DNA of 32,000 nucleotides. Source: Kineococcus radiotolerans SRS30216 = ATCC BAA-149. Its GTDB lineage: Bacteria; Actinomycetota; Actinomycetes; Actinomycetales; Kineococcaceae. Within the stretch, counting starts at the first letter, position 1. Each line of letters begins with the position of its first letter. The stretch is from assembly GCF_000017305.1 (NCBI RefSeq), contig NC_009664.2:3840001-3872000 (forward strand), given 5' to 3'. A model generated the notes under the pieces. That model was given only the letters and a program-made list of their open reading frames with translations, was not told the origin of the DNA and searched no databases. Positions 1-14,666 of this stretch are shown in pieces. The position numbers were made by a program, and so were the translations under genes.

Positions 1-105
1 ACGCCAGTGGGGGGTGGGGTTTTCGAGTCCAAGGGTCAACTATGAAGTGAAATGATCTACATCGCTGACTGTTCCTTTCGGGGGTGGTTGGGGGTGGAAG
101 GTTTT

Positions 106-5378
<5,273 letters not shown>

Positions 5379-5576
5379 ACCACGCACCAGTCACCATCAC
5401 TGCTGAGCAGTGCGGTGGGGTGTGGGGTTGAGGCGAGTACTTGAACGGTTACGAGATCAAGCACCGCTGCTGGTGTTCGCGTCCATTGTGTGGTTCTCGG
5501 GAGAGAACTCGAACACACCACTCTTGCGCAGACTTTCGTCTGTCGGGGGTGGGGTGTGGTTTGATCCTGACCTTTG

Positions 5577-5695
5577 TGGTCCGGTGGTCATAGCGGTGGG
5601 GAAACGCCCGGTCTCATTCCGAACCCGGAAGCTAAGCCCACCAGCGCCGATGGTACTGCTCGGGAGACTGGGTGGGAGAGTAGGTCACCGCCGGC
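5577..5695 (+). rRNA. rrf: 5S ribosomal RNA
   Basis: ggtcatagcggtggggaaacgcccggtctcattccgaacccggaagctaagcc...gagagtaggtcaccgccgg matches the high-GC Gram-positive 5S consensus. Terminal helix is tggtccggtgg / caccgccggcca. Confidence 0.93.
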
Positions 5696-5720
5696 CACTC
5701 ACACTTGTGGTGAGAGGTGT

Positions 5721-5753
5721 GTGGGGAGCAGCCCGTACCGGGCTGCTCCCCAC
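5721..5753. terminator. Hairpin between 5S rRNA and the convergent DUF1015 gene (candidate bidirectional terminator)
   Basis: Perfect inverted repeat gtggggagcagcccg (5721-5735) / cgggctgctccccac (5739-5753), 3-nt loop. It sits 26 nt after the 5S end and 69 nt before the stop of the minus-strand CDS. There is no U-tract. Confidence 0.6.
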
Positions 5754-5821
5754 ACCCATATCCAAGGCCATTCAGCGGCTGCCCCAAACCCCTCAGGCGG
5801 TGGAGCTGCGCCGGCGAGGCG

Positions 5822-6964
5822 TCAGCGCAGCCGCAGGACGGTCCCAGCCAGCGGCTTCGGTCGGAATGACGTCGTCTTCCGGCCGAGCACCTGCCCTCGG
5901 CGAACCATCTCCTGCAGCGCTCCGATCTGCGGCTTCGGCAGGAAGACAGCCCCTCGGTCCTCGGGAGGACGCATCATCCCTTCCACGTCGGCGCGGTAGC
6001 GGGTCTCCGAGCTCGCCGTTCCGAGGCTCAGGGCCACGGAGTCGACCCACGCTCCGCTGCCCGTCGTGGGGCCCACCATCGGCGGGCAGTCGATGACCGC
6101 CGCTGACGAACCGGTCACCACCAGAGCTTGATCGAGTCCCAGACCCTCGATCGCACCGCGCAACGCCGTGACGTCCTCGTCGTCGACGTCGCGCCGCCGA
6201 TGCGCCCGCCTCAGGACCTCCTCAGCCACGGCCCGTGGCACGATCCGGTGCAGCGCACGAAGGTCCACGGGCTCCGTGGTGTCGTCAGCGACCGCGACCA
6301 GGAGGGACCGCGGAGCGCCGTCCCGTTGGGCTGCCCGCAGGACGGCCGCGTGCCGGTGGTGGCCGTCGGCGATGAGGAACCGGTGCGACGCCGAGGCGCT
6401 CGACAGTCGGGCGACCACGTCCGGGTCGTGGAGCCCCCAGACCTCGACGTGACGGAGGTCGTCGTCGGCGACGTCGAGGAGGTGTCCGACCGTGCTCGGA
6501 TCGGTCCACGGCACCGGCCAAGGGTGGCTGTCCACCACGAGGACGGGTTCGGAGTCGACACCGGTCGCTTCCAGCCGCTCGAGCCTGGCCTCGACCGCCT
6601 GCTGGAACACGCCCTCGTGGGCGTGGACGCGGTCGTCACCGACCCTGACGTCCAACTGCCCGAGGAGGAAGTGCTGGGAGCGGCCCTCCTGCTCCTGACG
6701 CACGACGTAGAACCCGGGCGCGTCCTGGACCAGGGCGCCCTGGGCGGACCACCGCGTCACCGCGCGCCCGGGACCGGGGTCGTACTCCGGGCGCTCCAGG
6801 TGCGTCACCACGTACGGCGAGGAGGCCAGCAGGGCACGTCGACTCGCCCGGTCCAGCTCGGTGTGCGGGGGTGCGAGCAGCGAGGCCAGCGGTCCCGCCA
6901 CGCTGGGGACGTACCGCAGTCCCGGGAAGGGCCGCACCAGCGGTCCACGAGTGCTGGGATCCAC
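5822..6964 (-). CDS. DUF1015 family protein
   Basis: The C-terminal 380 aa of the 435-aa ORF carry the family hallmarks VRPFPGLRY near the N-terminus, FLIADGHHRHAA and a C-terminal KTTSFRPKP. The start is uncertain: GTG 6964 is used here, GTG 6937 gives MRPFPGLRY, and ATG 7024 is also possible. Third-position G/C drops upstream of 6937, which argues against the 7129 start in the track. Confidence 0.75.
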   Translation of the reverse strand: MDPSTRGPLVRPFPGLRYVPSVAGPLASLLAPPHTELDRASRRALLASSPYVVTHLERPEYDPGPGRAVTRWSAQGALVQDAPGFYVVRQEQEGRSQHFLLGQLDVRVGDDRVHAHEGVFQQAVEARLERLEATGVDSEPVLVVDSHPWPVPWTDPSTVGHLLDVADDDLRHVEVWGLHDPDVVARLSSASASHRFLIADGHHRHAAVLRAAQRDGAPRSLLVAVADDTTEPVDLRALHRIVPRAVAEEVLRRAHRRRDVDDEDVTALRGAIEGLGLDQALVVTGSSAAVIDCPPMVGPTTGSGAWVDSVALSLGTASSETRYRADVEGMMRPPEDRGAVFLPKPQIGALQEMVRRGQVLGRKTTSFRPKPLAGTVLRLR

Positions 6965-7073
6965 CTCAGGACGGTGGTCGGAGGGCGCACGCGTCGCCGT
7001 ACGTGCATGCTCCACCCGCCGCATCCTACGGTCGTGGACGTCGACACCCTTCCTGACCACGAGGAGGTCACCC

Positions 7074-7514
7074 GTGCCCCAGAGCAGTCCCAGTGGTGGC
7101 GAGGGCGGACGCCCTCCCGGCTGGCCCACCGGTGGCCCCTACGAGTGGCTGCAGCGCGGTCTCGCCCTGCTGTCGGCGGGGGAGGCCGCAGCGGCGGCCA
7201 CGCTGCTGGCCCGGGCGCACGCGGAGGAACCGGGATCGACCGGTGTCCTCGAGGCGCTCGCCCGGGCCCAGTACGACTCCGGCGACGTCGCCGGGGCGGC
7301 GGAGTCGTTCCGGGACCTCGCCGCGGCCCGACCGGCCGACGACTACGCTCACTTCGGGCTGGGACTGTGTCTCAGCCGCCTCGGACGGTTCGGCCCCGCG
7401 GTCGAGCACCTGGCCATGGCCCACGCCATGCGCCCGGACCGCCCGGAGTACGCCGACCGCCTTCGACAGGTCCGTGCCACGATCGCGGCGCGGCAGATCC
7501 TGGGGAATTCGTGA
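7074..7514 (+). CDS. TPR-repeat protein (Rv1691-like position)
   Basis: GTG 7074 is in frame with ORF 6861..7514 and is preceded by gaggagg at 7061-7067. Ala/Leu-rich TPR-like helices (EALARAQYDSGDVAGAAESFRDLAAARPADDYAHFGLGLCLSRLGRFGPAVEHL). The upstream part of the track ORF overlaps the divergent gene and promoter region. Confidence 0.7.
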   Translation: MPQSSPSGGEGGRPPGWPTGGPYEWLQRGLALLSAGEAAAAATLLARAHAEEPGSTGVLEALARAQYDSGDVAGAAESFRDLAAARPADDYAHFGLGLCLSRLGRFGPAVEHLAMAHAMRPDRPEYADRLRQVRATIAARQILGNS

Positions 7515-8608
7515 GCAGCACCCTGTCCGCCAGCACCGGTTCCCTCCTCGACGACCACGACGTCCTCCTCCTCGACCTCGACGGGGTCGTCTACGTCGGC
7601 CCCGACGCCGTCCCCCACGCGGTCGACGCCCTCCGGGGAGCCGTCGCCACCGGCCTCCGGCTCGGCTACATCACCAACAACGCCTCCCGGACCCCCGGCA
7701 CGGTCGCGGCCCATCTGCGCGACCTCGGGGTGCCCGCCGCCGATGAGGACGTCGTGAACTCCGCCCAGGCTGCGGCCGCCCACCTCGCCGGCCTCCTGGA
7801 CCCCGGTGCAGCGGTCCTCCTCGTCGGGGGGACGGGCCTGCGGGTCGCCCTCACCGAGGTCGGGCTGCGCCCCACCGACGACCGGAGCGAGGCGCAGGCG
7901 GTCGTCCAGGGCTTCTCCCCGGACCTGGGTTGGGCGCAGCTGTCCGAGGCCACGCACGCCGTCCGGTCGGGGCTGCCGTGGGTGGCCACCAACCTCGACG
8001 CCACCGTGCCGACCCCCGGGGGGCCGGCGCCGGGCAACGGGCTCCTGGTCGACCTCGTGGCCCGCGCCGCCGGCCGCGGGCCCGACGTCGTCTGCGGCAA
8101 GCCGGAGCGGGCCCTCTTCGACGCCGCCGTGGCGCGGTTGCACGCCCGTTCCGCGCTCGTCGTCGGGGACCGCCTCGACACCGACCTGCAGGGCGCCCGG
8201 ACGGCCGGGCTGCCCGGCCTCCTGGTGCTGACCGGGGTCACCGGCACCGCGGAACTGCTCGCCGCGGCCCCGCGCGAGCGTCCGCACTTCGTCAGCCACG
8301 ACCTGCGCGGTCTCGCCGACGTCCACCCGGTGGTCGAGGTCTCCCGCCGGTCCGACGGGGCCGGGGCGACCTGCCGGGGGGCGCAGGTGGAGATCGAGTC
8401 GGGCGCCGTCGTGGTGCGCGCCGGTGCGCCCGGACCCGACGGCCTGGACGTCCTGCGGGCCGCCGCCGCCGCCGCGTGGGCGTGCGCCGACGACGGGCGG
8501 GGCGTCGACCTCGGGGGAGCCGTCGCGGCCCTCACCGGGCACGTCGAACGCCCGGTCGAACACGCGGCTGTGGACGGCGTCCCGGGGCACGTCGCGCCCG
8601 GCTTGTAG
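7511..8608 (+). CDS. HAD-IIA family hydrolase (NagD / Rv1692-like)
   Basis: GTG 7511 lies in a GTGA overlap with the upstream stop and is in frame with ORF 6128..8608. HAD motif I LLLDLDGVVY, motif II ITNNAS, and the C-terminal GKP...VGDRLDTD. The first ~460 codons of the 826-aa track ORF are antisense or alternative-frame shadow. Confidence 0.85.
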   Translation: MSSTLSASTGSLLDDHDVLLLDLDGVVYVGPDAVPHAVDALRGAVATGLRLGYITNNASRTPGTVAAHLRDLGVPAADEDVVNSAQAAAAHLAGLLDPGAAVLLVGGTGLRVALTEVGLRPTDDRSEAQAVVQGFSPDLGWAQLSEATHAVRSGLPWVATNLDATVPTPGGPAPGNGLLVDLVARAAGRGPDVVCGKPERALFDAAVARLHARSALVVGDRLDTDLQGARTAGLPGLLVLTGVTGTAELLAAAPRERPHFVSHDLRGLADVHPVVEVSRRSDGAGATCRGAQVEIESGAVVVRAGAPGPDGLDVLRAAAAAAWACADDGRGVDLGGAVAALTGHVERPVEHAAVDGVPGHVAPGL

Positions 8609-8621
8609 CGTGACGCCCGTG

Positions 8622-8804
8622 ATGACGCAGCAGGGAGGGGCGCCGCGCCCCGGTGAGCCTCGCGAGGCCGCCCCCGACCGTGCCCTCGACGAGGTCCTCG
8701 CCCGCCTGGACGGCCTCGACGCCCTCAGCGTCCACGAGCACGTGGAGGTCTACACCGCCGTCGACCACGCGCTGCGCGAGCGGCTGGCCGCGACGGAGGG
8801 GTGA
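8622..8804 (+). CDS. Small conserved hypothetical protein (Rv1693-like position upstream of tlyA)
   Basis: About 60 aa (MTQQGGAPRPGEPREAAPDRALDEVLARLDGLDALSVHEHVEVYTAVDHALRERLAATEG), with high third-position G/C. It occupies the same slot as the small ORF preceding tlyA in mycobacteria. GTG 8610 is an alternative start. Confidence 0.55.
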   Translation: MTQQGGAPRPGEPREAAPDRALDEVLARLDGLDALSVHEHVEVYTAVDHALRERLAATEG

Positions 8805-8805
8805 C

Positions 8806-9618
8806 GTGGCCGTCCGCAGGCTCCGTCTCGACGCCGAGCTGGTGCGCCGTGGGCTGGCTCGGTCCCGCGAGCACGCGACCGAGCTGGTGACCGCCGGCCG
8901 CGTGCGCGTCGCCGGGGCGACCGCGGCCAAACCCGCGACCCAGGTCGACGTCGCGGCCGCGATCCTCGTGGAGGACGCCGGCGAGGAGGACGAGTACGTC
9001 TCGCGCGGGGCCCACAAGCTCGTCGGGGCCCTCGACGCGTTCGGCGTCGACGTCACCGGCCGGCGCTGCCTGGACGCCGGGGCCAGCACGGGCGGCTTCA
9101 CCGACGTCCTGCTGCGCCGCGGGGCCGCGCACGTGGTGGCCGTCGACGTCGGCTACGGCCAGATCGCCTGGTCGCTGCGCACCGACGAACGCGTCACCGT
9201 CCTGGAACGCACCAACGTCCGCACCCTCGAGCCCGAGCAGGTCTCCCCGGAGCCCTCCCTGGTCGTGGCGGACCTGTCCTTCATCTCCCTGACCCTCGTC
9301 CTGCCCGCGCTGGTGCGGTGCGTCACCCCCGATGCGGAGCACGTGCTCATGGTCAAACCGCAGTTCGAAGTCGGCCGCGACGCGCTGGGCGCCGGAGGTG
9401 TCGTGCGCAGCGCCGAACTGCGCGCCGGGGCCGTGCGCACCGTGGCGGGCGCGGCGGCCGCCGTCGGCCTCGGCGTGCGGGGGGTGGCGGCGAGCCCGCT
9501 CCCCGGGCCGTCGGGCAACGTCGAGTACTTCCTGCACCTGAGCGCCGGCGCGCCGCCCCTCGTCGAGGACGACCTCGCGCGGGCGATCGCCGAGGGCCCC
9601 CAGGCGGGGCTGTCGTGA
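8806..9618 (+). CDS. tlyA: 16S/23S rRNA (cytidine-2'-O)-methyltransferase TlyA
   Basis: GTG 8806 preceded by ggagggg (8795-8801). S4-like N-terminus RLDAELVRRGLARSREHATELV. FtsJ-type SAM motif CLDAGASTGGFTDVLL. Followed by nadK as in other Actinomycetota. Confidence 0.88.
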   Translation: MAVRRLRLDAELVRRGLARSREHATELVTAGRVRVAGATAAKPATQVDVAAAILVEDAGEEDEYVSRGAHKLVGALDAFGVDVTGRRCLDAGASTGGFTDVLLRRGAAHVVAVDVGYGQIAWSLRTDERVTVLERTNVRTLEPEQVSPEPSLVVADLSFISLTLVLPALVRCVTPDAEHVLMVKPQFEVGRDALGAGGVVRSAELRAGAVRTVAGAAAAVGLGVRGVAASPLPGPSGNVEYFLHLSAGAPPLVEDDLARAIAEGPQAGLS

Positions 9619-10553
9619 GCGCTCCCCGGACCGGGGTCCCGCAGGCGGCCCGGTCGGTCCTGGTGCTCGCCCACACGGGCCGCTCGCAGGCCGTGTCCGC
9701 CCTGACCGAGGTCGTGCGCCGCTTCCACGAGGCCGGCATCCGCACGCTCATGACGCCCGACGAGGCGGCGGCGCTGAGCGTCGCCGACCGCGCGCTGGTC
9801 GAGGAGCGCGACCTCGAGGGGGCCGTCGCGGGCGCGGAGATGGTCATCGTCCTGGGCGGCGACGGCACCATCCTGCGGGCCGCGGAGCTCGTGCGCGGCA
9901 CCGCGACGACGCTGCTGGGGGTCAACCTCGGGCACGTCGGGTTCCTCGCCGAGGCCGAGCGCGAGGAGGTCGTCGGGACCGTCGCCCGGGTCGTCGCCGC
10001 GGACTACCGCGTCGAGGAGCGGATGACCCTCGACGTGCAGGTGCTGCTCGACGGTCAGGTCGTGGCCTCCTCCTGGGCGGTCAACGAGGTGTCGGTCGAG
10101 AAGGCCAACCGGGAGCGGATGCTCGAGCTCGTCGTGGACGTGGACGGCCGGCCGTTGAGCACCTTCGGCGCCGACGGGGTCATCGCCGCGACCCCCACCG
10201 GGTCGACGGCGTACGCGTTCTCCGCGGGCGGACCCGTCGTCTGGCCCGAGGTCGAGGCCCTGCTCGTGGTGCCCATCAGCGCCCACGCCCTCTTCGCCCG
10301 GCCGCTGGTCATCGCCCCGACCTCCGTCGTCGGGATCGAGGTGCTCCCCGGGATGGGCGACGGCGGGGTGCTGTGGTGCGACGGGCGCCGGACCTTCGCC
10401 GCACCGGCCGGGGCGCGCGTGGAGGTCCGCCGCTCCCCGCGCACGATCCGGCTGGCGCGGCTCAGCTCCGGCGCCTTCACCGACCGGCTCGTCGCCAAGT
10501 TCGGCCTGCCCGTCCAGGGCTGGCGCGGCCCCCGGTCCTCGGACGGGGGGTGA
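9615..10553 (+). CDS. nadK: NAD kinase
   Basis: GTG 9615 in a GTGA overlap with the tlyA stop. Motifs VLGGDGTILRAA, NLGHVGFLAE and ATPTGSTAYAFSAGGP. Confidence 0.92.
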   Translation: MSAPRTGVPQAARSVLVLAHTGRSQAVSALTEVVRRFHEAGIRTLMTPDEAAALSVADRALVEERDLEGAVAGAEMVIVLGGDGTILRAAELVRGTATTLLGVNLGHVGFLAEAEREEVVGTVARVVAADYRVEERMTLDVQVLLDGQVVASSWAVNEVSVEKANRERMLELVVDVDGRPLSTFGADGVIAATPTGSTAYAFSAGGPVVWPEVEALLVVPISAHALFARPLVIAPTSVVGIEVLPGMGDGGVLWCDGRRTFAAPAGARVEVRRSPRTIRLARLSSGAFTDRLVAKFGLPVQGWRGPRSSDGG

Positions 10554-10557
10554 CGGC

Positions 10558-12393
10558 GTGATCGAGGAGATCCGCATCCGCTCCCTGGGGGTCATCCGCG
10601 ACGCCCGACTGCCCCTGGGGCCGGGGCTGACCGTCATCACCGGTGAGACCGGCGCGGGCAAGACGATGGTCGTCACCGGTCTCGGGCTGCTCATGGGCGA
10701 GCGCGCCGACGCGGGCGCCGTGCGGGCCGGGGACGACGCCGCCGTCGTCGAGGGCCGCGTGCTGGTCCCCGAGGACGGGGCCGTGGCGGCCCGCGCCCGG
10801 GAGGCCGGCGGCGACGTCGACGACGGCGAACTGCTGCTGGTGCGCACCCTGGCGGCCACCGGCCGCAGCCGGGCGCACGTCGGCGGTCGCAGCGCCCCCG
10901 TCGGGGTCCTCGCCGAGATCTCCGAGCACCTCGTGGCCGTCCACGGCCAGACCGACCAGCTCCGGCTGCGCTCGGGCGTCCAGCAGCTGCGGGTGCTGGA
11001 CGCCTTCGCCGGGGCCGTGGTGGCGACCGACCTCGCGCAGTACCAGGAGCTCCACGCCCGCTGGCGCGCGGTCGCCGCCGAGCACGACCGCGTCGCCGGC
11101 TCCACGGCCGAACGCGCCCGCGAGGCCGAGCTGCTGCGGCTCGGGCTGGACGAGGTGGAGCGCGTCGACCCCCAGCCCGACGAGGACGTGGCCCTGCGGG
11201 AGGAGTCCGACCGCCTGGCCCACGTGGAGGTGCTGCGCGCCGCGGTCGCCACGGCCCACGAGGCGCTCACCGGCGAGGTCGCCGGCGGCGACGGGGTCGG
11301 TGAGGGCGGTGCCGACGCCCGCGTCGACAGCGCGCGCCGGGCGCTGGCCCAGGCGGGGGACCACGACCCGGCCCTGACCGGGTTCGCCGCCCGCGCCGGG
11401 GAGATCTCCTACCTGCTCGCCGACCTCGCAACGGAGGTCGCGGCCTACGCGCAGTCCCTGGAGGCCGACCCGCTGCGGCTGTCGGTGGTGCAGGAGCGCC
11501 GGGCCCAGCTGACCGCCCTCGTCCGGCGCCACGCCGCCGACCCCGCCGACGGGGTCGCCGGGGTGCTGCGGTGGGCGCGCGAGGCCGCCGAACGGCTGCT
11601 GGACCTCGACGACGACGGCCGGGTGAAGGCGCTGGCCGAGGAGCGGGACGACCTCGAGGTCCGGCTCCGCGCCCTGGCCCAGCGCCTGAGCGCGGCCCGC
11701 CGCTCCGCCGCGGCGGACCTCGAGCAGCGGGTCGCCGCGGAGCTGACGGCCCTGGCGATGCCGAGCGCCCGGATCGAGGTCGCCGTGCACACCGGTCACG
11801 ACCTCGGCCCGTGGGGTTGCGACGGGGTCGAGCTGCTGCTGGCCGCCCACTCCGGGGCCGCGGCCCGGCCGCTGTCGCGCGGGGCCTCCGGAGGTGAGCT
11901 GTCCCGGGTCATGCTGGCCCTCGAGGTCGTCCTGGCCGGAGCGGACCCGGTGCCCACCATGGTCTTCGACGAGGTCGACGCGGGGGTCGGTGGCCGGGCG
12001 GCGGTCGAGATCGGGCGGCGCCTCGCCCGGCTGGCCCGCACGACGCAGGTCGTCGTCGTCACCCACCTCGCGCAGGTCGCCGCCTTCGCCGACCGCCACC
12101 TGACGGTCGTGAAGACCGACGACGGCAGCGTGACGGAGTCCGGGGTGGTGCGCCTCGAGGACGAGGGCCGCATCGAGGAGCTCGCCCGCATGCTGTCCGG
12201 GCGGGGGTCCGGGACGGCGCGCGCGCACGCCGAGGAACTCCTGCGCTCCTCCCGTGCAGAAGCCGTGCAGGGTGACGGGACCGGGCCGGCCGGCGCTCGC
12301 CGGACGGCGCGTGCGGCGCAGGGCGGTGCCGCCCGCGTGGGACGATCGGGCAAGGCCCCGCGCACGACGGGGGGCCGACGGACGCAGGGGTGA
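10558..12393 (+). CDS. recN: DNA repair protein RecN
   Basis: N-terminal Walker A ITGETGAGKTM, long coiled-coil middle, and C-terminal SMC signature plus Walker B (ASGGELSRVMLAL, MVFDEVDAGVGG). The last ~48 aa are a Gly/Arg-rich tail with reduced third-position G/C (see findings). Confidence 0.93.
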   Translation: MIEEIRIRSLGVIRDARLPLGPGLTVITGETGAGKTMVVTGLGLLMGERADAGAVRAGDDAAVVEGRVLVPEDGAVAARAREAGGDVDDGELLLVRTLAATGRSRAHVGGRSAPVGVLAEISEHLVAVHGQTDQLRLRSGVQQLRVLDAFAGAVVATDLAQYQELHARWRAVAAEHDRVAGSTAERAREAELLRLGLDEVERVDPQPDEDVALREESDRLAHVEVLRAAVATAHEALTGEVAGGDGVGEGGADARVDSARRALAQAGDHDPALTGFAARAGEISYLLADLATEVAAYAQSLEADPLRLSVVQERRAQLTALVRRHAADPADGVAGVLRWAREAAERLLDLDDDGRVKALAEERDDLEVRLRALAQRLSAARRSAAADLEQRVAAELTALAMPSARIEVAVHTGHDLGPWGCDGVELLLAAHSGAAARPLSRGASGGELSRVMLALEVVLAGADPVPTMVFDEVDAGVGGRAAVEIGRRLARLARTTQVVVVTHLAQVAAFADRHLTVVKTDDGSVTESGVVRLEDEGRIEELARMLSGRGSGTARAHAEELLRSSRAEAVQGDGTGPAGARRTARAAQGGAARVGRSGKAPRTTGGRRTQG

Positions 12394-12406
12394 GGGAGTT
12401 TCCACG

Positions 12407-13630
12407 GTGATCAGGCGTCGGCGAACGCGCGGTGACGCGTCCCCGGCCGATCCGAACGGTCCCGGTGCCGCCGTCGTCGAGGTCGTGGACGGCACGGTGC
12501 GGGTGGACCGCCGGACGAAGCGGCTCACCAAGCGCCTGAGGCCCGGCGACGTCGCCGTCATCGACCACCTCGACCTCGACCGCGTCTCCGCCGAGGCCCT
12601 CGTCGCGTGCGCACCGGCCGCGGTGGTGAACGCCTCCCGCAGCACGTCCGGGCGCTACCCCAACCTCGGGCCGGGGATCCTCGTCGCGGCCGGCATCCCG
12701 GTCGTGGACGACGTGGGTGCCGACGTCATGACCGACCTCGCCGAGGGCACCCGCGTCCAGCTCGTCGACGACGTCGTCCGCCACGACGGCCGCGAGGTCG
12801 CCCGCGGCCGGCGGCTCACCGCCGAGGTGGTGGCCGCCGACATGGAGACCGCGCGCGCCGGGTTGTCGCTGCAGCTGGAGGCGTTCGCCGCCAACACCAT
12901 GGAGTACCTGCGGCGGGAGCGGGAACTCCTCCTCGACGGGGTCGGGGTGCCCGACATCCGCACCGACCTCGACGGCCGCTACGTCCTCATCGTGGTGCGC
13001 GGATACCACTACAAGGAGGACCTGGTCACGCTGCGGCCCTACATCCGCGAGTACAAGCCGGTGCTCATCGGCGTGGACGGCGGCGCGGACGCGATCCTCG
13101 AGGCCGGCTACAAGCCGCACATGATCGTGGGCGACATGGACTCGGTGTCCGACGCGGCCCTGCGCTGCGGGGCCGAGGTCGTCGTGCACGCCTACCGCGA
13201 CGGCCGGGCGCCGGGTCTGGAGCGGGTGCGCGCGCTGGGCATCGACGCCGTGGTGTTCCCGGCCACCGGGACGAGCGAGGACGTGGCGATGCTGCTCGCC
13301 GACGACAAGGGCGCCACGCTCATCGCCGCGGTCGGCACCCACGTGACCCTCGTGGAGTTCCTCGACAAGGGCCGGTCGGGCATGGCCAGCACGTTCCTGA
13401 CCCGGCTGCGCGTCGGCGGCAAGCTCGTCGACGCCAAGGGCGTGTCCCGGCTGTACCGCTCGCGCATCTCCGACTCCCAGGTCGTGCTCCTGGTCCTGGC
13501 CGGGGTGCTGGCCCTCGTCGCCGCGCTGCTGGTGACCCCCACCGGCCAGGCGATCCTCGCCGTCACCGGCGCCCGCCTCGAGGACCTCTGGGCCGGGTTG
13601 GTCGGGCTGCTGCCCGGGCAGGGGCCGTGA
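12407..13630 (+). CDS. steA: SteA (Rv1697-like) thiamine-pyrophosphokinase-fold cell-division/cell-separation protein
   Basis: GTG 12407 after gggag (12394-12398), in frame with ORF 12254..13630. Conserved VDRRTKRLTKRLRPGDVAVIDHLDLD and IVGDMDS, with a C-terminal TM helix. Sits between recN and the mctB/steB homologue. Confidence 0.8.
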   Translation: MIRRRRTRGDASPADPNGPGAAVVEVVDGTVRVDRRTKRLTKRLRPGDVAVIDHLDLDRVSAEALVACAPAAVVNASRSTSGRYPNLGPGILVAAGIPVVDDVGADVMTDLAEGTRVQLVDDVVRHDGREVARGRRLTAEVVAADMETARAGLSLQLEAFAANTMEYLRRERELLLDGVGVPDIRTDLDGRYVLIVVRGYHYKEDLVTLRPYIREYKPVLIGVDGGADAILEAGYKPHMIVGDMDSVSDAALRCGAEVVVHAYRDGRAPGLERVRALGIDAVVFPATGTSEDVAMLLADDKGATLIAAVGTHVTLVEFLDKGRSGMASTFLTRLRVGGKLVDAKGVSRLYRSRISDSQVVLLVLAGVLALVAALLVTPTGQAILAVTGARLEDLWAGLVGLLPGQGP

Positions 13631-13639
13631 CCGCCCCCC

Positions 13640-13660
13640 GGCGCCCCCGGCCGGGGCGCC
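13640..13660 (+). terminator. GC hairpin in the steA-steB spacer (attenuator or stability element candidate)
   Basis: ggcgcccc (13640-13647) / ggggcgcc (13653-13660), 5-nt loop, 10 nt after the steA stop. No U-tract, and the downstream genes are probably still co-transcribed. Confidence 0.25.
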
Positions 13661-13697
13661 CGCCGCGCCGCACCAGCTCCCGACGACAGGATGACCA

Positions 13698-14666
13698 GTG
13701 ATCGACTTCCGCTACCACGTCGTCTCGCTGGTGTCGGTGTTCATGGCCCTCGCGGTCGGCATCGTGCTGGGGGCCGGGCCCCTCAACGAGGGCATCTCGA
13801 CGGGGATCACCGACCAGGTGCGTCAGCTGACCACGGAGAAGAACCAGCTGCGGACCGAGCGCGACGCGGCCCTGACGTCGGTGGAGTCCCGCGACGACTG
13901 GGCCGAGGCGGTCGCCCCGGCCCTGGTCGCCCGGCAGCTCGGCGGCCGCAGCGTCGCCGTCGTGGAACTGCCCGGAGCCGACTCCAGCCAGGTCGACGCC
14001 ACCGTCGACGTGATCGAGCAGGCCGGGGCCACGGTCTCCGCCCAGGTCACCGTCCAGAACGCCTGGGTCGACCCCTCCGCCGGGAGCCTGCGCGACGACG
14101 TCGCGAAGGACCTCACAGGCCGGCTGAGCACCGCCCCGGACACCGACGCCGGGACGGAGGACCTGCTGGCGGCGGGACTGGCCCGGGCCCTGGTCACGAC
14201 CGAGCTCGCCGGGACCGCGCAGCCCGACGAGGGCGGCGCCGCGGTGCTCACCGCGCTGGCCGACGCGGGTCTCGTGGAGGTCGAGGGGGGCACCGGCGCG
14301 GCGCTGCCGCGCGGGACCCTGGCCCTCGTCGTCGCGGGGGCCGCGGACTCCGACGCCACCGACGCCCAGCTCAGCGCGGACGCCGCGGCGTGGACGGCGC
14401 TGGCCCGCGAGCTCGACACCGCCAGCGCGGGGGCGGTGCTGGCCGGGCCCCCCGAGGCCGCCGCCGACGGCGGGGCGCTGGCCGCGCTGCGCGCCGACTC
14501 CGGGGTCGCCGACACCGTCAGCGGCGTCGGGGACCTCGACTCCCCGGTGGGGCGGGTCAACGTGGTCCTCGCCCTGCGCGAGCAGCTGTCCGGCGGGGCC
14601 GGCCAGTACGGCACCGCCGGGTCGGCCGGCGCGGTCAGCCCGCCGCTGCCGGCGGCGCCGCAGTGA
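13698..14666 (+). CDS. steB: SteB / MctB-family membrane-anchored protein (Rv1698-like, DUF3186)
   Basis: N-terminus MIDFRYHVVSLVSVFMALAVGIVLGAG, a coiled-coil segment, and C-terminal VNVVLALRE...GQYGT. All closely resemble the Rv1698 sequence as I recall it. An agga RBS lies at 13687-13690. Confidence 0.85.
   Translation: MIDFRYHVVSLVSVFMALAVGIVLGAGPLNEGISTGITDQVRQLTTEKNQLRTERDAALTSVESRDDWAEAVAPALVARQLGGRSVAVVELPGADSSQVDATVDVIEQAGATVSAQVTVQNAWVDPSAGSLRDDVAKDLTGRLSTAPDTDAGTEDLLAAGLARALVTTELAGTAQPDEGGAAVLTALADAGLVEVEGGTGAALPRGTLALVVAGAADSDATDAQLSADAAAWTALARELDTASAGAVLAGPPEAAADGGALAALRADSGVADTVSGVGDLDSPVGRVNVVLALREQLSGGAGQYGTAGSAGAVSPPLPAAPQ

Noticed and set aside
5379-5576. Rather long (~200 nt) 23S-5S spacer with small hairpins (cactgc/gcagtg at about 5397-5411, cagac/gtctg at about 5529-5542), considered as a possible embedded small RNA.
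   Set aside because: There is no recognisable RNA family or ORF with coding bias. It is most simply precursor spacer with processing structures. I cannot evaluate it further without comparative data.
6128-7510. N-terminal 461 codons of the 826-aa track ORF 6128..8608.
   Set aside because: This part is antisense to the DUF1015 gene and out of frame with the TPR gene. Only the portion from GTG 7511 shows HAD motifs. It is not a fusion protein.
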